A program made the translations under genes and the position numbers. Shown here one piece after another: positions 24,421 to 36,423 of a stretch of 64,000 nt of DNA (its first letter is position 1; each line of letters starts with the position of its first letter). Source of the DNA: Octopus sinensis (lineage: Eukaryota); NCBI RefSeq assembly GCF_006345805.1, contig NC_043011.1, positions 21,402,464 to 21,466,463 of the forward strand. The letters are read 5' to 3'. The notes beneath the pieces are model-generated. The model was not told the origin of the DNA. It searched no databases and saw nothing but the letters and a program-made list of their open reading frames with translations.

Positions 24421-24784
24421 TTTAAACTTGGGCCGTTTTAACTAACAACACAACACGTCTCCCACAGATGCGAGGATGTGTGCCTATGCTAGAAAACCGG
24501 TTCTATATGTTCCGAGCTGAAATCCTGCCGAAGAAGTCAACTTTGCTTTTCATCCCCTTGATCTTGATAAATATAGTACCAGTCATATATTGTGGTTGAT
24601 AGTATCAACTGCCGCTCTTAAACTGCAAACCCTGTCGTCGTTGGCTCGCACGTCAGGAAAAAAACGTTGCGATATTTCTTCCAGCTTCTAACATCCTGAG
24701 TTTACATACTGCCGAGGTCATCTTTGTCTTCAATCTTTCTAGGGCGATAAAATAAGTAATGATCAAGTATTATAGTTGATGAAA

Positions 24785-24965
24785 TTGCTAGTTAGCACGC
24801 CGGACATTTTGCTAAGCGGTATTTCGTGCGTTTTTACGTTCTGAGTTCAAATTCCGCCGAGGTTGAGTTTGCGTTTCATCCTTTCGGAGTCAATAAACTG
24901 ACGAGCAGTTGAGTACTAGGGTCGATGTAATCGACTTGTCTCTTACCCAGGCCAAAATTTGAAAC

Positions 24966-24968
<3 letters not shown>
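24785..24968 (+). mobile_element. SINE family A
   Basis: GTTAGCACGCCGGAC...GTTCTGAGTTCAAATTCCGCCGAGG...GGTCGATGTAATCGAC. Confidence 0.8.
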
Positions 24969-25009
<41 letters not shown>

Positions 25010-25292
25010 GAAAACTCACAGCTTATTTTGCTAGGTATAATGGAAAGTGTCAGCTGTCCACAGCCAGCTGACTAAGGTGACATTTGTTTACTGGTCATGC
25101 TTCAAGAATCCTGTGAAGAATTCTTGCCGTTCCAAGCAATTCTGATTTTTGTAGGTGTTCTACCTTCACACTTACACCGGTCTTTTTCAGCCATGTTGTT
25201 AGTTGAGTGCTGATATTTCCAAGTGCACCAATAACTGTTGATATCATATCTGCTCTCTTCATTGACCACAGCATTCGTACTTCCCACTTCAA
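25010..25292 (-). mobile_element. RLE-type LINE C-terminus with (TAA)n tail
   Basis: EVRMLWSMKRADMISTVIGALGNISTQL...HLQKSELLGTARILHRILEA*, then a short UTR and (TAA)n. Confidence 0.8.
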
Positions 25293-25369
25293 ATCGTCAT
25301 AGTTGTTTATTTATTTGTTGTTGTTCTTCTTCTTCTACTCATTATTTTTATTATTATTATTGTTATTGA

Positions 25370-25890
25370 GTGAGAGCGCAGTTCATGCCATCAAAATCAC
25401 ACTGGGGTAAAATACACAAAGCCCAGTATACCCATCATTACTACCCGTGTGATAAGGGTACACCATGCGCATGCATGTGCGTGACATAGTGATCTCATAT
25501 AAAGATTAACAACGTATGACCTTGCAGATGGGGCCCAGTTAGAATTTTCTTCAGGTCGAGTAGCCCATACCGCTCAAAGGTTTCTGAATAAGGGTTGTTT
25601 TAAGGATGTTGAACGAAACACCCATGTTTCCAGAGGTGAATTATCCAAACCCCCAAAGAATTCCTCTCAACACGGCTATGATGTTCCCCCACTACTTCTG
25701 CTCGTGATCAGAGATGCACATATTGTCAGCCACTAAGGGGCATGCTCAACTGGTTAATGTCAAACAACTGACAAGCAAATCTATGGTATTGAGCAGAATA
25801 TTTGCTGTAGCCCATCTTTTATACCAAAAGAAAAAAATTGTACATGATAACACTTCCAATCAGTTAAAATGAGAAGCTATGAAAGCCACT
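25370..25890 (-). mobile_element. Probable retroposon 3' UTR with (TAA)n tail
   Basis: Complex sequence ending on the minus strand in CTCTCACTCAATAACAATAAT; recalled as a common octopus repeat, no second copy in this window. Confidence 0.4.
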
Positions 25891-25930
25891 GCCTGGTACT
25901 TATTATCATTATTATTATTATTATTATTAT

Positions 25931-25978
<48 letters not shown>

Positions 25979-26645
25979 CAGCAGCAGCAGCAGTAGCAGC
26001 ATTATTCACCATCTTTTCAATCGCATTCGTTTTCGTTGAAATGATGTGTGGCAGTCGAGTATTAACAAGTTCTTCAGTTGTATTAAATCTTTTATTAGTT
26101 TTCGGTTACTTATACGCCTTAAGTACCCGACTTAATGAGATACCCGTGGTTTTTCAATAGCCTGGAGAGGTTTAGAGCGCAGCACCAGACATACTTAACC
26201 TTGATACTTCATAAATAAATAAGTTTTCTGTAGTTACATAACAACTCTTTAAATTTTATGAGACTTCTTAATGCTTTTCAATTTCATACGAGCTTGTGCA
26301 TATATGTATATGTCTGCGCGCGTGTCTGCGTGTGATTTTAATGTGTATTTGGGACAAATTAAAAGAGTATTGGAATTTGCTTGAAGTTTTGCAATATATG
26401 CAAATGAGATAAATGTTTGAAAAACGTTTCGGCAAGCAAAGCAGTTAAGGAGTTAGGTAAAGTATGCAAGGTGATAATAAAGAAATAGGTAAAGTATGCA
26501 AGGTGATGTGAATGAATGAAAAGAAAGAGAAAATATATGTATATATATACGGTATCTTGGGAAGAAAATACTTAATGTGTTGTTATAGGCAACATCCTAA
26601 TATGTTGTGGGGAATTTTTGTTATAGGTTCGTTAAACAACCTATA

Positions 26646-26881
26646 CTCTTTTACTTGTTTCAGCCATTTGACTGTGGCCATGCTGGAGCACCGCCTTTAG
26701 TCGAGCAAATCGACCCCAGGACTTCTTCTTTGTAAGCCTAGTACTTATTCTATCGGTCCCTTTTGCCAAACCACTAAGTTACGGGGACGTAAACACACCA
26801 GCATCGGTTATCAAGCGATGTTGGGGGAACAATCACAGACACACAAACATACACACGCACACACACACACACACCACACCA

Positions 26882-26912
<31 letters not shown>

Positions 26913-26920
26913 CACCACAC

Positions 26921-26964
<44 letters not shown>

Positions 26965-27135
26965 CATATATACGACGGGCGTATTTCAGTTTCCGTCTAC
27001 CAAATCCACTCACAACGCTTTGGTCGGCCCGAGGCTATAGTAGAAGACACCTGCCCAAGGTGCTACGCAGTGGGACTGAACCCGGAACCATGTGGTTCGT
27101 AAGCAAGCTACTTACCACACAGCCACTCCTACGCC
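26646..27135 (-). mobile_element. Full-length SINE family B
   Basis: Minus strand GGCGTAGGAGTGGCTGTGTGGTAAG...GACTGTGGCCATGCTGGAGCACCGCC...GTAAAAGAG. Confidence 0.92.
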
Positions 27136-27139
27136 TATA

Positions 27140-27295
27140 TTAGAACTAAAAATCTGTAAAACTTTCCAGAAGTTTATTGTTTCATTATATATGAGCATGT
27201 CTAGATATGTAACTATACGCATGAGCATACATACATAAAGCAAAACATAGAAATCTGCACATATACATACATACATACATACATACATACATACA

Positions 27296-27327
<32 letters not shown>

Positions 27328-27485
27328 CATACATACATACATACATACATACATACATACAAACAAAATACCCTGCTGTTGATGTTGAAATTTCAATGAT
27401 GGATTTTTGGATGTAGGTTAGAAACCGGATCTTTCTCTATTTGCAAGAAATCTTGAAATAAAACTGAATAAGACATACATACATA
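27140..27485 (+). mobile_element. 3' end of the RLE-type LINE family
   Basis: Collinear with 50215-50480 (TGTAAAACTTT..AGAAGTTTA, GCATGTCTAGATATG, AAATCTGCACATAT, (TACA)n, CCCTG..GTTGA). Confidence 0.8.
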
Positions 27486-27551
27486 TATACATGTGTGTGT
27501 ATGCGCGCGTTCGTGCATGCGTGTGGGGGGTATGTGTGAGTGTGTGTGTAT

Positions 27552-27588
<37 letters not shown>

Positions 27589-28229
27589 GTGTGTGTGTGT
27601 GTGTGTGGGTGTGTGAAATATTATAGGGAAATACTGTTACATCAGAATTGATGAAATGCATCTTGGAACCTTAAAAAGAACTCTGTCAACACACGCAGCA
27701 ATGGAGTTTGTGTGACAATTCATAATAGCAACAATTCGGTCTTTCTGACATCTGGCATCGGTTTGCATTATGTGGTTGTTGATATTAGTTCCCTGTCAAT
27801 TTTGGTTTTGCAAGCATATGAACAAAGACATTTTATCCATCGCTGTCTCCAAAGGCTCCGAGAGAAATTAGGCAGGGCCAGCCAGCCTGCCTTCGGGCTG
27901 CGAGAAACGAATGTGCTCTTTCAAAATGCAAGGAGGTTCTTTGTTTCCGTTCAGGGAGTGGTCACGGATAATAGTCACAGCTTCTACCTGGACTCTCCGG
28001 TTCAAGGAGTGATTTACCGACTGCTACCCACCCACCCACACACATACATCCTCATGGGTTCTGGTCACACAGTCGTTTTACATTTTACTTTAACTGGTGT
28101 CTCTTTTATACATCACATTCATCGTTTCCCTTAGATATTAACCGGCCAAGATGTTATCATTATCACTATTGTGAAAGAAGCTGTCATGTCAATGAAGACA
28201 CACTGACGAAAATGATGACCATTTGCACC

Positions 28230-28265
<36 letters not shown>

Positions 28266-28685
28266 TTTCATATCGTTATTATCATATCATCATTTCCATC
28301 AGCCTATCACAATTATTACCACTGTCACCATTACCATCACCACTACCATCATCATCATCATCATCATCACCCTCACCAACAACAGGCAGCAACAACATCA
28401 ACAACAACTACAACACAACGGCTGTCACAATTACCATTCGTTAGCCTCGTTTTTCGTGTAAAATGTCCTAAAAGATGATTTTAATAATTTACTAGAAGGT
28501 GGTAGTTGTAATGATGATGATGATGATAACGATGGTGGTGATGATGGTGATGATGATGATGATGATGATGATAACGATGGTGGTGGTGGTGATGGTGGTG
28601 GTGGTAGTTGTGGTTGTGATGGTGGTGGTGTTGGTGGTGGTGATGGTGGTGGAGGTGGTGGTGGTGGTGGTGGTGGTGGTGGTGG
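28230..28685. repeat. (CAT/CAC)n and (GAT/GGT)n tracts in opposite orientation
   Basis: 28230-28410 is CAT/CAC-rich and 28495-28685 GAT/GGT-rich, with an ~85-bp spacer. Confidence 0.9.
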
Positions 28686-28952
28686 AGAGAGAGAAAGAGA
28701 CGGATAGAGACGGGGGAGAGAGAGAAAGAAAACATTTTTCGGGATGCCATCGACTGTGAAGTGTGAGGGGAAATTTTGTATTGATTCATTAGCCATTGTT
28801 CATGAATCAAGGTTATTGAATGGTAGAAGGATAGTGAAATAGTAGAAAAGAATAAATAAATGACAAAGAGGGCTTTACGAGAATTAAAGGACTCGGTGTG
28901 AGGTGGGTGGTTTAAGGAGGCAAGAGCAATTATACCAACAATATCGACAATA

Positions 28953-29548
28953 GGCGTAGGAGTGGCTGTGTGGTAAGTAACTTGCTTACCAACCACATGG
29001 TTCCGGGTTCAGTCCCACTGCGTGGCACTTTGGGTAAGTGTCTTCCACTATAGCTTCGGACCGACCAAAGCCTTGTGAGTGGATTTGATAGACGGAAACT
29101 GAAATACGCCCGTCGTATATATGCATATATGTTTCAGCCGAAATTGCGAGGATGATCCGGTTCTTGACTGAAGATTGAAGGCTTCGAATGTCCCGTCCGT
29201 GTTTTTTGTATCGTCTTCTAAATGTTTTGCGTTCTTGTCCCAGTCTGTATTTTTTTACATATATATATATGTGTGTGTGTGTGTGTGGTGTGTGTGTGTG
29301 TGTGTGTGGGTGTGTGTGTGTGTGTATGTTTATGTGTCTGTGTTTGTCCCCCAACATGGCTTCACAACCGATGCTGGTGTGTTTATGCCCCCGTAACTTA
29401 TCGGTTCGGCAAAAGAGACCGATAGAATACGTACTAGGTTTACAAAGAATAAGTCCTGGGGTCGATTTGCTCAACTAAAGGCGGTGCTCCAGCATGGCCA
29501 CAGTCAAATGACTGGAACAAGTAAAAGAGAGTAAAAGAGGAAAAGAGA
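28953..29548 (+). mobile_element. Full-length SINE family B with a ~130-bp cassette inserted in its TA tract
   Basis: Canonical head and tail; extra sequence ~29130-29260 between ATAT runs. Confidence 0.9.
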
Positions 29549-29627
29549 GTCAGGTATTATTTATATCAAAAGAACATCACCACACCAATATACCTGTTCC
29601 GTAGGAACCGACATTACTGCCATTTTT

Positions 29628-29892
29628 AATTCCAAGAAGATGCTCCCTCTAGCTGACTATCGATGCAATCTGAACCCGATATATATTGCAAGTAGAGATG
29701 AGCGAACCTCAGTGGTGGACACCTGTCCGATAGAGATAGCAGTAATTCGCTGATGATGAGCAAAAGTAGTTCGAAACCGTACGGTCTGATGGTCCCGTTG
29801 GTAGAAGATAGCAGGGCCTCATTCCCCTGCTTGCAGTGCATTTCGGGTGCAGATTGCATCGATAACCATCTGGAAGAGGCTCCTCTTGGAGT
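29628..29892. mobile_element. Fold-back cassette enclosing one hammerhead motif
   Basis: TATCGATGCAATCTGAACCCGA (29658-29679) pairs with 29843-29864 with one mismatch; arms extend imperfectly to ~70 bp; abuts TA/(TAA)n. Confidence 0.75.
29745..29791 (+). ncRNA. Candidate hammerhead with one extra nucleotide after A9
   Basis: UCG-CUGAUGA-U-GAGC/AAAAGUA/GUUC-GAAA-CCGUACGG-UC-UGA; stem III ACCGUACGGU is a perfect palindrome. Confidence 0.55.
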
Positions 29893-29949
29893 TATATATA
29901 CATATATAATAATAATAATAATAATATAATAATAATAATAATAATAATA

Positions 29950-29990
<41 letters not shown>

Positions 29991-30261
29991 GCGAATATCA
30001 GTGTGTCGGTGTGTCACATCTTTTCAACTTTACTCTTAGAGGCCGTAGCCCAACATATCATTCCCTTTTTTTAATCAGGCCGACTCCGTGAGTGGTTAGT
30101 AGAGGGAAAGAGTGGTTGTGTGTAACGCTTCGAGCATGGCTGTTAGTCAGAAAGAGGAGACAGGAATGGATCGGAAGAAAATAGTCCAAGAAAAACACAA
30201 TACACATATATATATATGTGTATCTATTTATCTATCTATATATATATTCTTTTATTCTTCT

Positions 30262-30400
30262 ATTCTTTTACTTGTTTCAGTCATTTTGACTGTGGCCATG
30301 CTGGAGTATCGCCTTTTAGTCGAAGAAATCGCCCCCTGGACTTATTCTTTGTAAGCCTGGTACTTATTCTATCGGTCTCTTTTACCGAACCGCTAATGTA
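30262..30400 (-). mobile_element. SINE family B, 3' half
   Basis: CTTTTACTTGTTTCAGTCATTTTGACTGTGGCCATGCTGGAG...TTCTATCGGTCTCTTT. Confidence 0.85.
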
Positions 30401-30418
30401 TGTCTGTATGTATGTATG

Positions 30419-30519
<101 letters not shown>

Positions 30520-30563
30520 ACATATATGTATATATATATACATATATATATCATACAGACACG

Positions 30564-30620
<57 letters not shown>

Positions 30621-31289
30621 TATATATATTTGTATATACGCTCGGAGCAACAAACAATACTCAATACCTGAATTAGGGTTTCGATAATCAATATTTCTTT
30701 CCTTTTTTTAGAAACCCAACGACCTCTTTACGCTGTTAATTCAAGTTTCTCGTTCCCATTCATTAAAGAACATTTTGCGTTCTAATAATAACATATTGAC
30801 AATCCTTTTACCCGAGATGCTTTTGCCTAGAAATGATTCTGGTATCGATTGTTCTGATTGAAGAATAATTGTATATTTGCATCTGTAACATGGGTCAGCT
30901 TAAGGATGGGAACCACTAACTTTTGTTATTCATTTTCTATATGGTACTAAAACGTTTTGTTAGAAAATATATGTTACACCTTTTGAGTGAATAAAGAGAG
31001 AATTTTTGCGTGGGAAATCAGTCACGCAATGCGTTAGGATCGGTCTGGGAGAGTTAAAGCGGGTGTCTTAAAATAACAATGGTTGATATTGATGCATTCC
31101 TAGATATAAATTAACATAGATTCAGCTATCCACCTCCTCACCTCCTCGAAATACCGCTAGTGACCCATCATCATCATTGTCATCATGTTCTACTGTTACT
31201 ACCCTTACCACAGTAGCAACAACGAGATCAGTATTGGAGGAAAGCACTCTTCAATACCTGAACAATTGAGAACCTGTTAAACAAAATAG

Positions 31290-31460
31290 TCTCTAGCTCT
31301 TCTCCTAGAGGACAAACAAGGACAGACAAACGGATTAAGTCGTTTATATCGACCCCAGTGCGTAACTGGTACTTATTTAATCGACCCCGAAAGGATGAAA
31401 AGCAAAGTCGACCTCGGCAGAATTTGAACTCAGAACGTAACGTCAGACGAAATACCGCCT
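31290..31460 (-). mobile_element. SINE family A, 5'-truncated
   Basis: ACAAGGACAGACAAACGGATTAAGTCG...TTTGAACTCAGAACGTAAC. Confidence 0.88.
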
Positions 31461-31473
31461 TAGAAATGTAATA

Positions 31474-31578
31474 TACGAGGGTGTATGAAAAGTCTTGAGC
31501 CTCAAAAGAACAAAACATGGTACAAGACTTCAAGGCTCAAAGGTCTTGAAGGCTCAAAACTTTCATACAACCCGCATA
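31474..31578. mobile_element. Tiny mariner-like MITE
   Basis: TACGAGGGTGTATGAAAAGTCTTGAGCC versus reverse complement TATGCGGGTTGTATGAAAGTTTTGAGCC; TA at both ends. Confidence 0.7.
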
Positions 31579-32014
31579 TTATAGCAAAACTGTTTTTCTT
31601 CGTGTAACGTAATTAATTCATATTTACTATATTTTACGATTTATATAATTAATTTATATTTACCCTCGAACTTTGGATCGTTGTTTCCTGAAAACACCGA
31701 AAATATTTTTCGCGGCACTCCTGGAGTTTCTCGCGGCACACAGTTTGGCAGACACTGCTTTAGAACATGTAGTTTTTAATTCAAACATAATTACAGAGCG
31801 GTTATAATATATAAAGGATTAAGAAATAATACGTAAAGTTTCTTACAATTGTTTCAAGAATAGCTCAACATGTAGATCATATGCCATTGAGTAAAGGTTT
31901 CCATGTAAGCCAACTATTCTTTGGAGAGAAAGAATTAAGGAATATCTTTAATGAATGCTATTAGTAGTTACCATTTTCATCTAAAGTGAAGGATAATTTC
32001 TAAAGTAAAAACTA

Positions 32015-32335
32015 GAGCCTACAGCTTTTCAATGCTCTTTTAAAAGAATTCAGAAACCTACACAATATGGATGTTGATGTCTTCAAAACGGAACTGGACA
32101 TTCTCCTATCCATGATACCAGACGAACCAACGTAGAAACTAGGACATCAGTGTGAAACCCCTTCAGACACCAAGGGAGCCAACAACTAGGAGAAAAGCAC
32201 ATGCAAATGTGGTGGTATGAAAACTGTTCTCCCAGAAGAAATCAATCGCATAAGAATGTTGTGGAAAGAGTAAAAAGTCACGGTGGTGCTCCAACTTGGC
32301 TGGAGCTTCATGATTGAAACGTATAGAAAAAATAA
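32015..32335 (+). mobile_element. CR1/L2-like LINE 3' relic
   Basis: QLFNAL.KEFRNLHNMDVDVFKTELDILLSMIPDEPT; the 3' end GGTGGTGCTCCAACTTGGC resembles the SINE B tail. Confidence 0.6.
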
Positions 32336-32575
32336 AAGGTGTGCGTGCGCGCGCGCGTGTGTGTGCTTTCTCCTCCTCTTTTTAATTTAGAGTAAATTTT
32401 GACCGCCCATATATTTGGTAGGAAGGTTATGAAGGAAAATATCTTGTTTTAATTGTCATTTTTAGGTCTTTGTAGATTTTTAGTCCCAGATATCGTGACC
32501 ATTTGTAACGTATGAATTAAAGATTTGCATTCTCTCCACAAGATTCCAAGATCAGCCATACTTTGCTCTAGACAG

Positions 32576-32576
<1 letters not shown>

Positions 32577-32606
<30 letters not shown>

Positions 32607-32960
32607 TGTACGTATGTATGTATGTACGTATGTATGTACGTATGCATGTACGTATGTATGTATGTATGCATGTATGTATGCATGCATGTATGCATGTATG
32701 TATGTACGTACGTACGTATGTATGTATGTATGTATGTATGTTTGTACGTATGTATGTACGTATGTATGCATTCATGCATGTATGTATGTATGCATGCATG
32801 TATGTATGTATGTATGCATGTATGTATGTACGTATATATGTACGTACGTACGTATGCATGCATGTATGTTTGTATGTATGTATGTACGTATGTACGTATG
32901 TATGCATGTATGTTTGTATGTATGTATGTATGTATGTATGTATGTATGTATGTATGTATA
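32577..32960. repeat. (TATG)n microsatellite with TACG/TGCA variants
   Basis: Direct reading. Confidence 0.95.
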
Positions 32961-33386
32961 AATACATATACACCTGTATTTGTTTCCGAAGCATATAAGT
33001 TACGGAAAAAGCAACCTGCTTCTTATTTTAGAAATTATTACACACTATGTATCATAAATTCAGTTTATTCAAAGATCTTTACATTTACCATTCTTTGCTG
33101 TTCAATCGTGTCTTTAATATTCAGCTATGTCTTGAAGAAAACCGCATAAATATATAATAGAGTTAAATACAGTCACATATGTACTCGCTCGCCTGCAAAC
33201 AGAAAAGACCTGAACAAAAATATTAAAATCACTTTGACTAATAAAAAATACGTTTGTACATATTTGTTAGAATTATACCGAAGACATACTTTTTTAAGAG
33301 AAAATACAAACTTTATTTAATTCACTATGTCAACATTTCTCCAACTTTCCAAATAACTTCACTCAAATATTTTAACAAAACCCACA

Positions 33387-33490
33387 AGGCGGCAAATTGG
33401 CAGAACGTTAGCACGCCGGGCGAAATATTTTGCGGTATTTCGTCTGTCGTTACGTTCCGAGTTCAAATTCCGCCGAGGTCGACTTTGCTA
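33387..33490 (+). mobile_element. SINE family A head
   Basis: AAGGCGGCAAATTGGCAGAACGTTAGCACGCCGGGCGAAAT...GAGTTCAAATTCCGCCGAGGTCGAC. Confidence 0.88.
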
Positions 33491-33719
33491 TTACAATAAA
33501 GAAAGCTGCTTGTTAATTAGTTGGTAGTGAGTAACTTTTACAAAAAGAAAACAATTATTAAAATGTACACTCTCTAGAAGATTCTCATAAATTCCAATAC
33601 TAATATATTTTTGCCAAAATGTTATTTTTTCAATCATGTTTTTTATTGATGATTTCAACTACAGAAAACTAATCTTAATTCTTAATTCACTGTGAGATAT
33701 TATTTCCTCCCTCTCCCTT

Positions 33720-33843
<124 letters not shown>

Positions 33844-34114
33844 ACTTACAACTGTAACATGAAATCTGTTCTATATTTCCGATAGTTAATTCCATTTCTG
33901 AGATCACTGTTCATGTCATCGTAGTTCATATGATGAAGGGGAATGAGATAAAAAGCCAGTTTCTATCTCAGTACAACAGTAATTATATATTTTTATAGAG
34001 ATTATTAACATTAAAACTCACAAAAATACGTATATCTCTATATATATCGACGGAGAAGTAATGCTGAAGAACTAACAAGTAATACAATTACATGTGTTCG
34101 AACCTCCTCTCTTT

Positions 34115-34528
34115 TACTCTTTTACTCTTTTACTTGTTTCAGTCATGTGACTGTGGCCATGCTGGAGCACCGCCTTTAGTCGAGCAAATCGACCCCAGGA
34201 CTTATTCTTTGGAATCCTAGTACTTATTCTATCGGTCTCTTTTGTCGAACCGCTAAGTTACGGGGACGTAAATACACCAGTATCAGTTGTCAAGTGATGT
34301 TGGGGGGAGAAACACAGACACACTAACATACACACACATACACGCACACACACATATATATAAACATATATATGACGGGCTTCTTTCAGTTTCCGTCTAC
34401 CAAATCCACTTACAACGCTTTGGTCGGCCCGAGGCTATAGTAGAAGACACTTGCCTAAGGTGCCACGCAGTGGGACTGAACCCGGAACCATGTGGTTGGT
34501 AAGCAAGCTACTTACCACACAGCCACTC
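34115..34528 (-). mobile_element. Near full-length SINE family B
   Basis: Near-identical to 26646-27135 outside the microsatellite. Confidence 0.92.
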
Positions 34529-35438
34529 CATGAATTTTCTCCAATACATAGTAGGTCTGTAAGCTCGTTCATTGTGACACAAAGTTCGAAATTTGATACT
34601 TGTATATACGATAAACAGAATACTTTTTCGCGATTAAGACAATACATAATACCCGATTTCGTCTTAACTTCTAACACTGACTTTGAGTGCATATTATCGT
34701 TCAAAATTTATTTATTGAGCGAATGAGTGCTATTAGACGAATAAAGAATACAACGAGAAATTAGACATAACTCATCAGAAAAATTCCACAAGTTGGAAAT
34801 CAAATATATAAATATCATTTAGCGAGTACCAGAAAACCACCTGGGTTTCTATGATAGTATATATAAAGAATTTTAATAACAATTGTTATTCATTGCTATC
34901 CTAATTAGCAAGTAAGCTTTTTTACAACTTGTTGGACAAATTGTCCGTAAAAATTTGAAGTCCCGTTTAGCGGCATTTCTACTGACTTTACTTCTGAGTT
35001 CAAATGCCCCCGGGGTCGACTTTGCTTTTCATCCTTTCGGCATCCATAAAATAAATACCAGTTAAATACTGGGGTCGATGTAATTGGCTTATCTCTCGAA
35101 ATTGCTAGCCTTATGCCAAATTTTGAAACTAATGTCTAATACAAAACGAATTTTGTATTAAAATTTGACAATTTTGTTAATGAATTACCCCCATCAGTAT
35201 GTGTGTGTATGTGCGTGTACGCGTGCACATGTGTGTGTGTGTGTGTGTATGTGCTGTGTAATACGATGTAATTCAATATTGAGCAAATGAATGACAAGTC
35301 TATGGAAACGTTCGTAATGTGATGTGAGCAATATCTCTATTGATATTTTATTATTGATATTATTATGTCTGTGCATGTGCGTGTATGCATAAATATGTAT
35401 GTGTTTGTGTGTACGTACACACACACACACACACACAC

Positions 35439-35512
<74 letters not shown>

Positions 35513-35586
35513 ACGCAAACACATATGTATATATGCGTGCATGCATGTATAAGAAATTATGATAAACACAAATTTATATCGTTTCG

Positions 35587-35682
35587 TCCCTACATACGTT
35601 TCACCATTGTTGATATTTACATCCTCTCCATCAGATGTTCCAAGTGCAATTTGATGCTGAACCACAACAGATCATCAGGGAA
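35587..35682 (-). ncRNA. Candidate hammerhead with a ~69-nt stem II
   Basis: UUCC-CUGAUGA-UCUGUUG...CAACAAUGGU-GAAAC-GUAU-GUA-GGGA. Confidence 0.5.
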
Positions 35683-35732
35683 ACATTTTTATGCATTATG
35701 TTACACAGATCAAAACGCAATGCATAAAATAT

Positions 35733-35828
35733 CCCCCTGATGACCGGTTGCAGTTCAGCTTCCAATTACACTCGGAACATCCAATGCAGAAATTGAAAAT
35801 AACCACAATGGTGAAACGTGCGTAGGGA
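35733..35828 (+). ncRNA. Candidate hammerhead with a 69-nt stem II
   Basis: CCCC-CUGAUGA-CCGGUUG...CAAUGGU-GAAAC-GUGC-GUA-GGGA. Confidence 0.5.
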
Positions 35829-36089
35829 ACAAGAGATATAACCTCGTGTCTATCATACCTTCTTCTATATTTGCTCTGTATATCATATCTAGTAGTACTA
35901 TAAAATACAGTAGTAACCACTCCACTATACTGGAAATAGATTGGACGATGATAATTTACGTGTGGCTCTGAACTCATAAGTAGCATTCGTACATATAATT
36001 ACAAACTTAAGATTTATTATACAAACATACATTCATACATATATGTTTGAATGCGTGTATGTTTTATATTTATTTATGCGTCCTTTTCA

Positions 36090-36328
36090 AGCCTAGCCAA
36101 ACTCGCGGGCCCGGTTTCCCGGTTTCTGCGGCGTATGTGCCCCCCACCCCACAGCTGGACGGGACGCCAGACCATCGCAGCGTTACTCATTCCCCCCACC
36201 TACCGGAGCCTCGTGGAGCTTTAGGTGTTTTCGCTCAATAAACACACACAACGCCCGGTCTGGGAATCGAGGCCGCGATGCTCCGACCGCGAGTCCGCTG
36301 CCCTAACCACTGGGCCATTGCGCCTCCA
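36090..36328 (-). mobile_element. SINE family C variant
   Basis: Minus-strand head GGAGGCGCAATGGCCCAGTGGTTAGGGCAGCGGACTCGCGGTCG; tail GGCCCGGTTTCCCGGTTTC as at 24160. Confidence 0.88.
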
Positions 36329-36381
36329 TGTATGTATGTATATATATTATAATACGTATATATGCATAAGATATATATGTT

Positions 36382-36423
<42 letters not shown>

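Larger units (their letters stand above)
35551..35865. mobile_element. Diverged fold-back cassette with two divergent hammerhead motifs
   Basis: 35551-35697 versus 35719-35865 reverse complement, roughly three-quarters identical by eye; 21-nt loop; near a (TA)n tract. Confidence 0.85.
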
